Source: a virus | Lineage: Duplodnaviria; Caudoviricetes | DNA length: 64,000 nt | Reading direction: 5' to 3' (one strand) | IMG/VR virus record: IMGVR_UViG_3300012933_000199 | Span: 2,616-66,615 of that record | Shown here: piece after piece, positions 29,083 to 38,468 of the stretch | How the letters are laid out: the number at the start of each line of letters is the position of its first letter | Position numbering within the stretch: the stretch's first letter is position 1 | Position numbers and translations under genes: made by a program | The notes under the pieces: model-generated | Told to the model about the DNA's origin: nothing | Databases searched by the model: none | What the model saw: only the letters and a program-made list of their open reading frames with translations

Positions 29083-29937
29083 ATGGCAAAACAAGCTACT
29101 AAAGCCGCTACAGATAGCGCACAAGAGGAAGTACAATATGATGTACAACCAACAATCTCAGACGCACCAAAGGAACCAGTTAAACAAGCTCCTAAGAAAG
29201 ACGAATGGGTTATAAAAGACAGGTTATATGAATTAACAACAGGTAGAAAGCCTTTGATTTTTACATTACCAACAAAGCATAGTAATACAAAAGCATTATT
29301 ATGGTTTGATCCTGAGAAAGGATACCAAAGAGAATTAAGATATGCTACAAATCAAAGATCTGTATTTGTCGACGAACAAGAAGGTCAAGCTCTTTTAGGT
29401 AGAATCGTATTTAAAAACGGAGAATTAAGAGTACCTAAAGAACAAGTAGCATTGCAAAAGCTATTGTCATTATATCATCCAGCTGCTTTATCCGGTCTTA
29501 TTAAAGAATACAAACCAGAAGCAATTGCTACAAATCAAGTTGATTGGATTGAATTTGAATTAGAAGCATTAAACATGGCTAAGGAAATGGATATTGACGA
29601 CGCTGAAGCTATCATGAGAGTTGAATTAGGATCTGCAGTTTCTGAATTATCTTCTAAAGAGTTAAAAAGAGACTTACTAGTGTTTGCTAGAAATTATCCT
29701 GAGAAATTTATGCAGTTAGCTACTGACGAAAATACACATTTAAGAAATGTTGGTATTAAAGCTGTAGAAATGGGAATTATCGCATTAACTCCAGACCAAC
29801 GTACATTTACTTATGGGGTAGGCGGAAGAAAACTTATGACAATTCCTTTTGATGAACACCCATATTCTGCATTATCAGCTTACTTTAAGACTGATGAAGG
29901 AATGGAAGTGTTTAAAGCAATACAAAAAAGACTTTAA
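29083..29937 (+). CDS. Conserved virion-associated protein
   Basis: ORF track; located in the head-tail block. Confidence 0.7.
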   Translation: MAKQATKAATDSAQEEVQYDVQPTISDAPKEPVKQAPKKDEWVIKDRLYELTTGRKPLIFTLPTKHSNTKALLWFDPEKGYQRELRYATNQRSVFVDEQEGQALLGRIVFKNGELRVPKEQVALQKLLSLYHPAALSGLIKEYKPEAIATNQVDWIEFELEALNMAKEMDIDDAEAIMRVELGSAVSELSSKELKRDLLVFARNYPEKFMQLATDENTHLRNVGIKAVEMGIIALTPDQRTFTYGVGGRKLMTIPFDEHPYSALSAYFKTDEGMEVFKAIQKRL

Positions 29938-29958
29938 AGATTACCCATTATAGTAGTT

Positions 29959-29979
29959 AGGCTGCCTTATGGGTGGCCT
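29959..29979 (+). terminator. Intrinsic terminator-like hairpin
   Basis: AGGCTGCC-TTATG-GGTGGCCT followed by TTCTT. Confidence 0.65.
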
Positions 29980-30015
29980 TTCTTACTATAAACACTAAAA
30001 CAAAAATAATACATT

Positions 30016-30768
30016 ATGGCTGTAAGCGTAGATACCGTTTATCAAAGAGTATTAGCAATACTTAACAAGGAACAAAGAGGATACTTAACGCCTCAAGAGT
30101 TTAACTTGTTTGCTAATCAAGCTCAATTAGATATATTTGAGCAATATTTTTACGATATTAATCAATTTGGTAGACTACCCGGTAACTCAACCGAGTTTTC
30201 TGACATGCTTAATATCCTTAATGAGAAAATTAATATATTTGAAGTCAAGGCTCCAATGACATACAGCTCCACTACTGGAAGCTGGAATCCCCCTTCTAAT
30301 CTATACAGAATGGGAACAGTAGTATACAATAACATTACTACATCAAAATCGTTATACCCAACGCCAAACACAATAGTAACAACCGTTACACAAGTTGAGG
30401 CTGAAAGATTAAACTACAACGAGTATTTATATATTGCACAATCACCTTACACAAAACCAACAAACGCAAGACCTGTATTTGTAGCAAATGAAAATGGCTA
30501 TAAAGTATATGGTAATGGAGCTTTAACGAGCGGGGTTTCATGTAATTATATAAGTAGACCAGATGAGGTTTACTGGGGTTATCAAATGGTTTATGGTGAA
30601 GCTTTATATGATTCAACCACATCAGTTGATTTTCAACTACACGAGTCAGAAGAAACTGAGCTAGTTATAAAAATATTAGAATTAGCTGGTTTACTTATAA
30701 AAGATGTAGGTCTATACCAAGTAGCTGCCGGAATCGAAATGCAAAATACTCAACAAGAAAAATCTTAA
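30016..30768 (+). CDS. Head-tail adaptor / tail tubular protein
   Basis: MAVSVDTVYQRVLAILNKEQRGYLTPQEFN N-terminus, typical of ring/adaptor proteins of Bacteroidota podophages. Confidence 0.65.
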   Translation: MAVSVDTVYQRVLAILNKEQRGYLTPQEFNLFANQAQLDIFEQYFYDINQFGRLPGNSTEFSDMLNILNEKINIFEVKAPMTYSSTTGSWNPPSNLYRMGTVVYNNITTSKSLYPTPNTIVTTVTQVEAERLNYNEYLYIAQSPYTKPTNARPVFVANENGYKVYGNGALTSGVSCNYISRPDEVYWGYQMVYGEALYDSTTSVDFQLHESEETELVIKILELAGLLIKDVGLYQVAAGIEMQNTQQEKS

Positions 30769-30771
30769 TAA

Positions 30772-31698
30772 ATGGGATTATTAGATAAAACACAAGAAGA
30801 ATACTACTTAGGTCCTGACGGGGTATGGAATAGTAATGACGAAGAATATGGTAATTACCAATTTGTTCCAATAAATGATATTATAAATAACTTTATGATA
30901 ATGTATGTTGGTGAGGATAAAATAATATCTAAAGTTAAACGTACTGATGTTCAATTCCATGCAATGCGAGCTATACAAGAATTTAGTTTTGATCTTTTGC
31001 CACAAGACAAAGCTATTGAAATAGAAGTTCCACCGGGATTATATATGATATTGCCACAAGATTATGTTAACTATACTAAAATATCTTGGACAGATAATCA
31101 AGGTATTGAAAGACCAATATATAGAACAGATATAACAAGCAATCCATCACCATACATTCAGGACGAGCAGTACGAATATACATTTGACAACCTTGGTAAC
31201 GTGCCTTTGGCTAATGAATCTGAAACATTAAAAAGATGGGACAGATCTAGATACTCTTCGAATACACCATTGCCACCTAATGGATCTTGGACTTGGAATA
31301 ACAACCCGGATTTAATTGGTATGTACGCATACGGAAGAAGATACGGATTAAACCCTGAAATGTCTCAAGCTAATGGTACATTTTACATTGACAAAATAAA
31401 AGGTGTAATTAGATTTAGCTCTGACCTAAGAGAAAGAATTGTAACATTACGTTACATAAGTGATGGATTAGGTACAGATGCAGATATGACCGTGCATAAG
31501 TTTGCGGTAGATGCAATATACAAATATATAGCTCACGCTGTTTTGGCTACAAGAGCTAATACCCCAGAGTATATGATTGCTAGATATAAGCATGAACTTA
31601 CAGCTGCTAAAAGAAACGCTAAAATTAGGCTTTCTAATCTTAAGGCATCGTTAGTAGAACAGCTTATGAAGAATCAATCGAAATGGATTAAACACTAA
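30772..31698 (+). CDS. Tail ring / structural protein
   Basis: ORF track; C-terminal YKHELTAAKRNAKIRLSN motif; position between the adaptor and the large tail protein. Confidence 0.65.
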   Translation: MGLLDKTQEEYYLGPDGVWNSNDEEYGNYQFVPINDIINNFMIMYVGEDKIISKVKRTDVQFHAMRAIQEFSFDLLPQDKAIEIEVPPGLYMILPQDYVNYTKISWTDNQGIERPIYRTDITSNPSPYIQDEQYEYTFDNLGNVPLANESETLKRWDRSRYSSNTPLPPNGSWTWNNNPDLIGMYAYGRRYGLNPEMSQANGTFYIDKIKGVIRFSSDLRERIVTLRYISDGLGTDADMTVHKFAVDAIYKYIAHAVLATRANTPEYMIARYKHELTAAKRNAKIRLSNLKASLVEQLMKNQSKWIKH

Positions 31699-31707
31699 AA
31701 AACACAC

Positions 31708-34700
31708 ATGGCAGATTTAATACATAATTTTACATCTGGTAGGATGAATAAAGACCTCGATGAGAGGTTAGTACCTAATAGCGAGTATAGAGATGCATTA
31801 AACTTGCAAGTTGCCACATCTACTAGTTCACAAGTTGGGGCATTTCAAAATATAAAAGGTAACTTAGAAAAAAAGAATAAGTCTTATAACCCGTCTACTC
31901 AAGTATTCACTGAGTGGACAACTGGTTATATAACGTCTTTACAAAACGCTGTCTGTATTGGATCAATAGCAGACAACACTACGGAATATATATATTGGTT
32001 TATTTCGTCTGATACGGCTAGCGTAATAGCTTCATATAACACATCAACAGGCATAACTGCTCCTTTATTAGTAGATACGAAAGGTATTTTAAATTTTACA
32101 CCAGATTTTTTAATAACTGGTATAAATATTTTAGAAGGTATGCTTATATGGACAGACAATCAGACTGAGCCAAAAAAAATAAATATAGATCAATGGGTTA
32201 CCTCTACAAATTCATTCACTAGACATTCTCAAATTTACGGAAGAGACTTTATAGAAGCCGATATAACAGTAATTAAAAAGTTTCCTTTACAACCACCAAC
32301 AGTATCTGCTTATGAAACTGCTCAGTTAAATTCAAGCGGACAAGTAGCAAATGTTAATACAAACACTACTTACTCTTTTTATTTTACTGATGCAAATGGT
32401 GATATTGTTCCGTTAACTCCTGAAAGTGGTCAACAAACATTAACTTGGTCTGGCAATGTATTACCTTATTATAATCAAGGTGATATTTTATTGTTAAGAA
32501 ACGGAGAGAATGATCCGTTAGATAATGATACTGTAATTAGATTAATGGTAAACTCAACAATAGGTGTTGGTGATAATCAAACAGGAGCACGCGTAACTGT
32601 ATTATCAGTTGGTGTTGCACCAGGCGTTACTACAACTCCTATATTTTACGAGGTAACATTAGAACAGGAGGCTCCTTTCTTTGAGTTTAAATTTGCAATG
32701 TTTGCATATAGATGGAAATACAGAAACAATGAAGTGTCTGCGTTTTCTCCTTTTACAAAAGCTGTTTTTTTACCAGGAAAATTTGATTATAATCCAAGCC
32801 AAGGTTACAACCTAGGTATGGTTAACAATATTAGACAATTAAAACTATCTGACTATATCACTCCAGATATGCCGGATGATGTTGTTGAAGTTGATTTATT
32901 GTATAAAGATTCAGTTAGCAATAACGTATATGTAGTTGATTCATTTAAACCAAACGATTCAGAATGGGTTAATGATTCATTTAATATAAGAACAGAAATT
33001 ATTAGTTCTGTAGTACAATCAAATCAATTATTAAGACCGTACGATAATGTACCTAGATGGGCTAAAGCTCAAGAGATAACAGCTAATAGATTAATATATG
33101 CTAACTATACTCAAAACTTTAACTTATTAGAACAAAGTGGTGAACCAATGCAAACATCATTGTCTGCTTCGTTTTCTTCTAATTCTATTTTACCGGATAT
33201 TAACAATGCTTTAATTGGTGTTCCGTCTGTAAAATCTATAAGAACATATCAAGTTGGTGTGGCTTACATGGATCAATACGGAAGAACTACACCCGTATTC
33301 ACATCTAACGATGCATCTATTATCCTAAGTAAAAGTCAAGCTGCATTTGCTAACTCTATTGATGTTAAAATAAATAACCACATCCCTTATTATAATCAAA
33401 CAGAAAAGTTTACAAACTTTAAATACTTTATAAAAGAGACGTCTAAAGAATATTACAATTTATCTTTGGATAGATTTTATCAAGCTGAAGATGGTAATAT
33501 ATGGTTGTCATTTCCATCAGCTGAAAGAAACAAAGTTGATGAAGAAACTTTCTTAATATTAAAAAAGGAACACGATAATGACAATCCAGTTACACAACAA
33601 GCTAGATATAAAATAATAGCTATAGAGAACGAAGCTCCTGTTTATTTAAAGGAAACTAAAATAAATATGGGCAGTCTTAGTACTCAATTTACGTATTCAG
33701 GCTTCCCTATTGCTGGAGGTTTGTTCTTAGAAGTTGATCAAGACGATTACAAAAAAGAATTTGGTGATGATGCACCAACTACTTCGGGCTTAATAATGCG
33801 TGTTGGCGACGGAGGTACATTCAGTGAATGGTATAAAGTATCTAGCACATCTGCACCTAATTCTGTTAATTACAGACTTACATCAGACAAAGCGTTTGGA
33901 CCTGATATGAATTTTACATCAACACAACCTTACGGTCAATCAAATGCAGTCGCTGGTCTTGTGTTACAAATCGCTTATGTCGACATACAAAATAAACCTG
34001 AATTTACAGGTAGATTTTTTGTTAAGGTAAACCAAGATTCATTATTGACTCAGTCTATTGTTTCAGCGGCCGCAGCAAATAATAATAACTATTATAGAAA
34101 AGCTGTTGCTCCATTATACTTACTTAGAGGATCAAGAACGAGTTCAAGCTTTTGGAAACAAACATGGGATAATTTAGATGCCCAAGGAAATTTCCAAAGA
34201 TGGTTTATTGACTATTGTAGAACTGATTGTGATGGGTATAGAAATGGAACCAGTACTAATGGAGTGATGGACATATCTTATTCAGGATGGGCATTTCAAC
34301 AGAACGTAGGCGAAGGTATTGATAAATATGAAGAATTTGTTAAGAGCTTAACGTCTAACGGATCTTTGTTTAGATTTGTTGATGATCCAAATAAGACAAT
34401 ATATGAGATAACTAGCACAGATAGACAAGACAAGAGAACTTATGCTTGTAGCAAGTCTAATTCAATGTACAAGGATAATCAAAATAAAATATCTAGGTTT
34501 AGAATTGGTTTTAAAAGAGCTAGCGGCACGGGTGGTCTTACATGGGATCCTGTAGGTACTAAATTGATAGGTAATACACCTAACTTAAGTCAATTTACAG
34601 AAATGGAGTTTATTGGTATTAATGATGATGACGATTCATTTACCACAAATAATCCAGCTATATTTGAAACAGAGCCTAAGGAAGCTACAGAACTTAATAT

Positions 34701-36381
34701 ATATTGGGAAGTTCCTAGAACTTATGATGCATCTGAGCACGGACAAACGCATCGATTAAATTGGTCTAACTGTTTTTCATTTGGTAATGGAGTAGAATCT
34801 AATAGAATTAGAGACGACTTTAACGCACCAACTTTAGGTAATGGTGTTAAAGCATCCGCTACATTAGAAGAACCGTATAGACAAGAAACTAGATTTAATG
34901 GATTAATATTCTCGCAAATATTTAATTCAACATCTGGAATAAATAATTTAAACCAATTTATAATTGCTGAGTCGATTACAAAAGATGTTTTACCTGAATA
35001 CGGATCTATACAAAAGCTTAGAGCCAGAGACACCGATTTGGTTACATTATGTGAAGATAAATGTTTATCAATATTAGCAGATAAAGATGCTTTATATAAT
35101 GCTGATGGTAATACCAACTTAACGTCTGGTAGATCTGTATTAGGACAAGCGCAAGCTTATAGCGGGATATATGGTATTTCAACAAACCCAGAATCTTTTG
35201 CTGAATTTGGTAATAGAATATATTTTGCTGATAGAGCAAGAGGTGTTGTATTAAGACTTTCGGCTGATGGGCTTACTGAAATATCTAACAAAGGAATGTA
35301 TTCTTTTTTTAATAATAACTTGAATCTAAATAAAGATATATTTGGATCATTTGACATGTTCTCTAAAGAATACAACCTCACATTAAATAATCTGACACCT
35401 TATTGGCAACAAACATTAGGGGTTGGTGAATTTGATAGACTTAATAAAGATCCGGAATGTGGTGCTTTTTTTAATTCTATGCCAACCACTAAAACAACCT
35501 TATCATTCAAAGAAGAAGTTGATGGTTGGACAAGTAGAAAATCATATATACCAGAATCTGGTGTTTCTATAAATAGCAACTATTATACTTTTAAATATGG
35601 TAAAATATGGGAACACTATGCTAATCCAATTTATAACAAGTTCTATGGTGTAGGACCGGATGATACGTTGTTTGGCAAATATCATGAAAGTTCATTTAAC
35701 ATTATTATAAATGAGGATCCTTATTCTGTTAAAAGCTTTAATACATTAAATTATACAGGTTCTGATTCCGCTGAATATGTGTATCATGTTTCTGCTTTTG
35801 GCACTAAAGATTTTTCAATTGCAGAAATACAAGCTGATAAATTAATTCCTACTTCATTTAGTAAAAAGAAAGGATGGTACGTTAATAGTGTTGTTACTGA
35901 TTTGCAAGAGGGTACTGTAAAAGATTTTATAGATAAAGAAGGTAAAAAGTTTAATTATATAAAAGGATTACCAACTTTCTTTAATACAAATTGTAATAAC
36001 AATGTTGATTCACGAGAATTTAATGTTCAAGGTATTGGTAGAGCAAGTAGTATAACAGGAGATGTATTCCCTACAGTATTTAACGTAAATGTTTTTATTA
36101 ATCCAGAATGTAGTATAACAACCGACTGTAGACTGTCAGGTAGCGCGACCGCGGTATATAATTGTTCATTATCTGGTAACGCTGTATTGTCTAATAATTG
36201 TAGTTTAACGGGGAATGCAGTAGACGTTCCCCCTACAACGACAACAACCACTACAACAACATTACCAACTACTACAACAACTACAACAACAACAACAACA
36301 TTGCCAACAACAACTACTACAACAACTACAACAACTTTGCCTCCTAATTGCACGTTAAGCGGCACAGCTACAGAAGTTTAG
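31708..36381 (+). CDS. Large tail (nozzle/stabilisation) protein with a C-terminal mucin-like (T9-10LP)x3 extension
   Basis: HNFTSGRMNKDLDERLVPNSEYRDALN N-terminus is typical of podoviral stabilisation/muzzle proteins; Thr tracts at 36229-36345. Confidence 0.8.
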   Translation: MADLIHNFTSGRMNKDLDERLVPNSEYRDALNLQVATSTSSQVGAFQNIKGNLEKKNKSYNPSTQVFTEWTTGYITSLQNAVCIGSIADNTTEYIYWFISSDTASVIASYNTSTGITAPLLVDTKGILNFTPDFLITGINILEGMLIWTDNQTEPKKINIDQWVTSTNSFTRHSQIYGRDFIEADITVIKKFPLQPPTVSAYETAQLNSSGQVANVNTNTTYSFYFTDANGDIVPLTPESGQQTLTWSGNVLPYYNQGDILLLRNGENDPLDNDTVIRLMVNSTIGVGDNQTGARVTVLSVGVAPGVTTTPIFYEVTLEQEAPFFEFKFAMFAYRWKYRNNEVSAFSPFTKAVFLPGKFDYNPSQGYNLGMVNNIRQLKLSDYITPDMPDDVVEVDLLYKDSVSNNVYVVDSFKPNDSEWVNDSFNIRTEIISSVVQSNQLLRPYDNVPRWAKAQEITANRLIYANYTQNFNLLEQSGEPMQTSLSASFSSNSILPDINNALIGVPSVKSIRTYQVGVAYMDQYGRTTPVFTSNDASIILSKSQAAFANSIDVKINNHIPYYNQTEKFTNFKYFIKETSKEYYNLSLDRFYQAEDGNIWLSFPSAERNKVDEETFLILKKEHDNDNPVTQQARYKIIAIENEAPVYLKETKINMGSLSTQFTYSGFPIAGGLFLEVDQDDYKKEFGDDAPTTSGLIMRVGDGGTFSEWYKVSSTSAPNSVNYRLTSDKAFGPDMNFTSTQPYGQSNAVAGLVLQIAYVDIQNKPEFTGRFFVKVNQDSLLTQSIVSAAAANNNNYYRKAVAPLYLLRGSRTSSSFWKQTWDNLDAQGNFQRWFIDYCRTDCDGYRNGTSTNGVMDISYSGWAFQQNVGEGIDKYEEFVKSLTSNGSLFRFVDDPNKTIYEITSTDRQDKRTYACSKSNSMYKDNQNKISRFRIGFKRASGTGGLTWDPVGTKLIGNTPNLSQFTEMEFIGINDDDDSFTTNNPAIFETEPKEATELNIYWEVPRTYDASEHGQTHRLNWSNCFSFGNGVESNRIRDDFNAPTLGNGVKASATLEEPYRQETRFNGLIFSQIFNSTSGINNLNQFIIAESITKDVLPEYGSIQKLRARDTDLVTLCEDKCLSILADKDALYNADGNTNLTSGRSVLGQAQAYSGIYGISTNPESFAEFGNRIYFADRARGVVLRLSADGLTEISNKGMYSFFNNNLNLNKDIFGSFDMFSKEYNLTLNNLTPYWQQTLGVGEFDRLNKDPECGAFFNSMPTTKTTLSFKEEVDGWTSRKSYIPESGVSINSNYYTFKYGKIWEHYANPIYNKFYGVGPDDTLFGKYHESSFNIIINEDPYSVKSFNTLNYTGSDSAEYVYHVSAFGTKDFSIAEIQADKLIPTSFSKKKGWYVNSVVTDLQEGTVKDFIDKEGKKFNYIKGLPTFFNTNCNNNVDSREFNVQGIGRASSITGDVFPTVFNVNVFINPECSITTDCRLSGSATAVYNCSLSGNAVLSNNCSLTGNAVDVPPTTTTTTTTTLPTTTTTTTTTTTLPTTTTTTTTTTLPPNCTLSGTATEV

Positions 36382-36438
36382 TAATAGACAATATAAGTAA
36401 TTATAATAATGAAAAACAATAAACCTAAATAATTAAAA

Positions 36439-37410
36439 ATGACAGTAACAGTAACAATTACAGCCGGAGCTGATACCGGCCCTTTCTTTGACTTATACTC
36501 GGATGTTGGAGGATATGCATCACCTATAGCTACTAATGTGGCTAAAGCGGCTTTAGTGGCTGGTACAAATATAACGGCACCAACTGGATCTACAGTAATA
36601 AGAGTGAAGTCTATTGGTACATGTACAAACTATGTTGATTTGCAGATAGCTGGAACATCTACAACTACGACATCTACAACTACAACTACATCAACAACCA
36701 CAACTAGTACAACAACCACGACGGCTCAGCCTACTTATGCTTATTTTATTAATTATGCTGAAAACAGTGGAGCAACTAATAGTTCAACCGCTTGTGGCCC
36801 TACAGCTACAGGACAGGTATGGTCTACTAAAAGTAGCATAGGTGCAATTACTAATAACGATGTGTTGTACTCAAGCGCTAATATGAATTCAGTATTTAAT
36901 GGTAATTTAAAATGGTATGGTTTAGCAGCATCTTACGGAGCAGCTCCCGTTAAGACGGTTCAGCCAACTACCTCGGGTGTTATTTCAACTACAGGAACTT
37001 GTTCTTCTACGACTACAACTAGTACAACAACAACCACATCGACGACTACTACTACGCAGCCTCCTGGAACAGGTGATATGTCTATTACTAATAATAATGA
37101 GCAAGGATCAGGTGTGCTTATATTAAATGTTACAGTTGATGGCGTAGGAGTAACCCCTACAGGCGGTGTATCATTCCCGATAACAGCAGGTGGCGCCATA
37201 ACAGCAAGTTACCCAACACCAGCAAGTTCTACTGCTGCTATAATGATAACATCTAGCCACGGAGGAGATTGTCCTGTAACTGTGACAACGACTGCTGGAT
37301 ATTTACAATGCCAAATTAGCGGCGGTCAATCTGAATTTACTTCGGTTAACTTATCTGCAAGCCCTTTTGTTGGGGTTGAGTTAGGTATAGAAGGAGGAGC
37401 TTGCCAATAA
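36439..37410 (+). CDS. Three-domain virion-type protein with two Thr/Ser-rich linkers
   Basis: N-terminal GADTGPF.LYSD...IRVKSIGTCTNYVD module; tracts at about 36655-36725 and 37000-37055. Confidence 0.75.
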   Translation: MTVTVTITAGADTGPFFDLYSDVGGYASPIATNVAKAALVAGTNITAPTGSTVIRVKSIGTCTNYVDLQIAGTSTTTTSTTTTTSTTTTSTTTTTAQPTYAYFINYAENSGATNSSTACGPTATGQVWSTKSSIGAITNNDVLYSSANMNSVFNGNLKWYGLAASYGAAPVKTVQPTTSGVISTTGTCSSTTTTSTTTTTSTTTTTQPPGTGDMSITNNNEQGSGVLILNVTVDGVGVTPTGGVSFPITAGGAITASYPTPASSTAAIMITSSHGGDCPVTVTTTAGYLQCQISGGQSEFTSVNLSASPFVGVELGIEGGACQ

Positions 37411-37513
37411 TACCTAATAAATAAAGACATTAATATCCCCTTCTATAGTGATATAGTTAGGGGATAATGTCAATATACGAATTAAATTATATAATATATA
37501 AAAATTACAACTT

Positions 37514-38440
37514 ATGAGATATATATGTGCACAACCGGCTTCGTCGTTTTACACTTGGCAGGTTGAGGTGCTTATAAATAATTTTATAAAGCATGGTGTT
37601 AATCCAAACAAAATTGATATACTTTGTGCAATAAATGATGATATAGTTCCTAATGAATGGAGAAAACTACAAAATCATTACAATACGGTTAGATTCTTTT
37701 TTTATAACGACACGAGGGCAGATAAAAGGTATATTCCTTCTATTTATTTTAATCTCATGAGTAGTCACATGAAAGCAAATCCGGATCTAATAGGAGAGAG
37801 GCTCTTCTTGCATGATAGTGACATAATATTCACAAAGCAACCGGAGATTGATTGGGCAATTTATGGTAAAGCATGGTACCTAAGCGATACCAATTCTTAT
37901 ATTAACTATGATTATATACAACAAAAAGGTAATCATATTTATGAAAAAATGTGTGAGATTGTAGGTATTGATAAATTAATACCTAGAATAATGAATAGTA
38001 ACTCAGGAGGAGCTCAATATATTACTATAGGTGAGTCTTATGAGTTTTGGGATAAAATTGAAAGCGACAGTGTAAAGTTGTATGCTTATTTCTGCGAAAC
38101 AGAAATGTTGTATACTAAAAAATTCGAAGGAGATTATCCTATTCAAAAATGGACAGCGGGAATGTGGGCTTTTCTTTGGAATATTTGGTTAAAAGGCTAT
38201 GAGACTAAAGTTGATACAAGACTTAATTTTGGATGGAGCACAGATCCTATAGAATCAGTAGAAAGAAACTGGATACTTCACAATGCGGGCGTCGCAACAG
38301 CCGACACGGGTTTATTCTTTAAAGGTAACTTTACACAAGAATTACCTTATAATAAAGAACTAATAATTGATAAAGGTAGAGCAAGCTCATATTATTGGGA
38401 GCAGGTGCAAGAAACTGCTAAAAAATCAATATTATTATAA
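37514..38440 (+). CDS. GT-A fold glycosyltransferase resembling plant SERGT1 (GT96) / HPAT (GT95) protein O-glycosyltransferases
   Basis: FYTWQVEVLINNFIKHG, YIPSI, LFLHDSDIIF (DxD), SGGAQY, KWTAGMWAFLW and a C-terminal ILHNAG His motif. Confidence 0.7.
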   Translation: MRYICAQPASSFYTWQVEVLINNFIKHGVNPNKIDILCAINDDIVPNEWRKLQNHYNTVRFFFYNDTRADKRYIPSIYFNLMSSHMKANPDLIGERLFLHDSDIIFTKQPEIDWAIYGKAWYLSDTNSYINYDYIQQKGNHIYEKMCEIVGIDKLIPRIMNSNSGGAQYITIGESYEFWDKIESDSVKLYAYFCETEMLYTKKFEGDYPIQKWTAGMWAFLWNIWLKGYETKVDTRLNFGWSTDPIESVERNWILHNAGVATADTGLFFKGNFTQELPYNKELIIDKGRASSYYWEQVQETAKKSILL

Positions 38441-38468
38441 TAAAAATAAGTATATTAAAATAAAAAAT

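Noticed and set aside
36229-37060. Thr tracts as simple (ACA)n microsatellite expansions or assembly artefacts
   Set aside because: Codons alternate among ACA/ACT/ACC/ACG with in-frame Ser/Leu/Pro punctuation, and the tracts occur in three separate genes.
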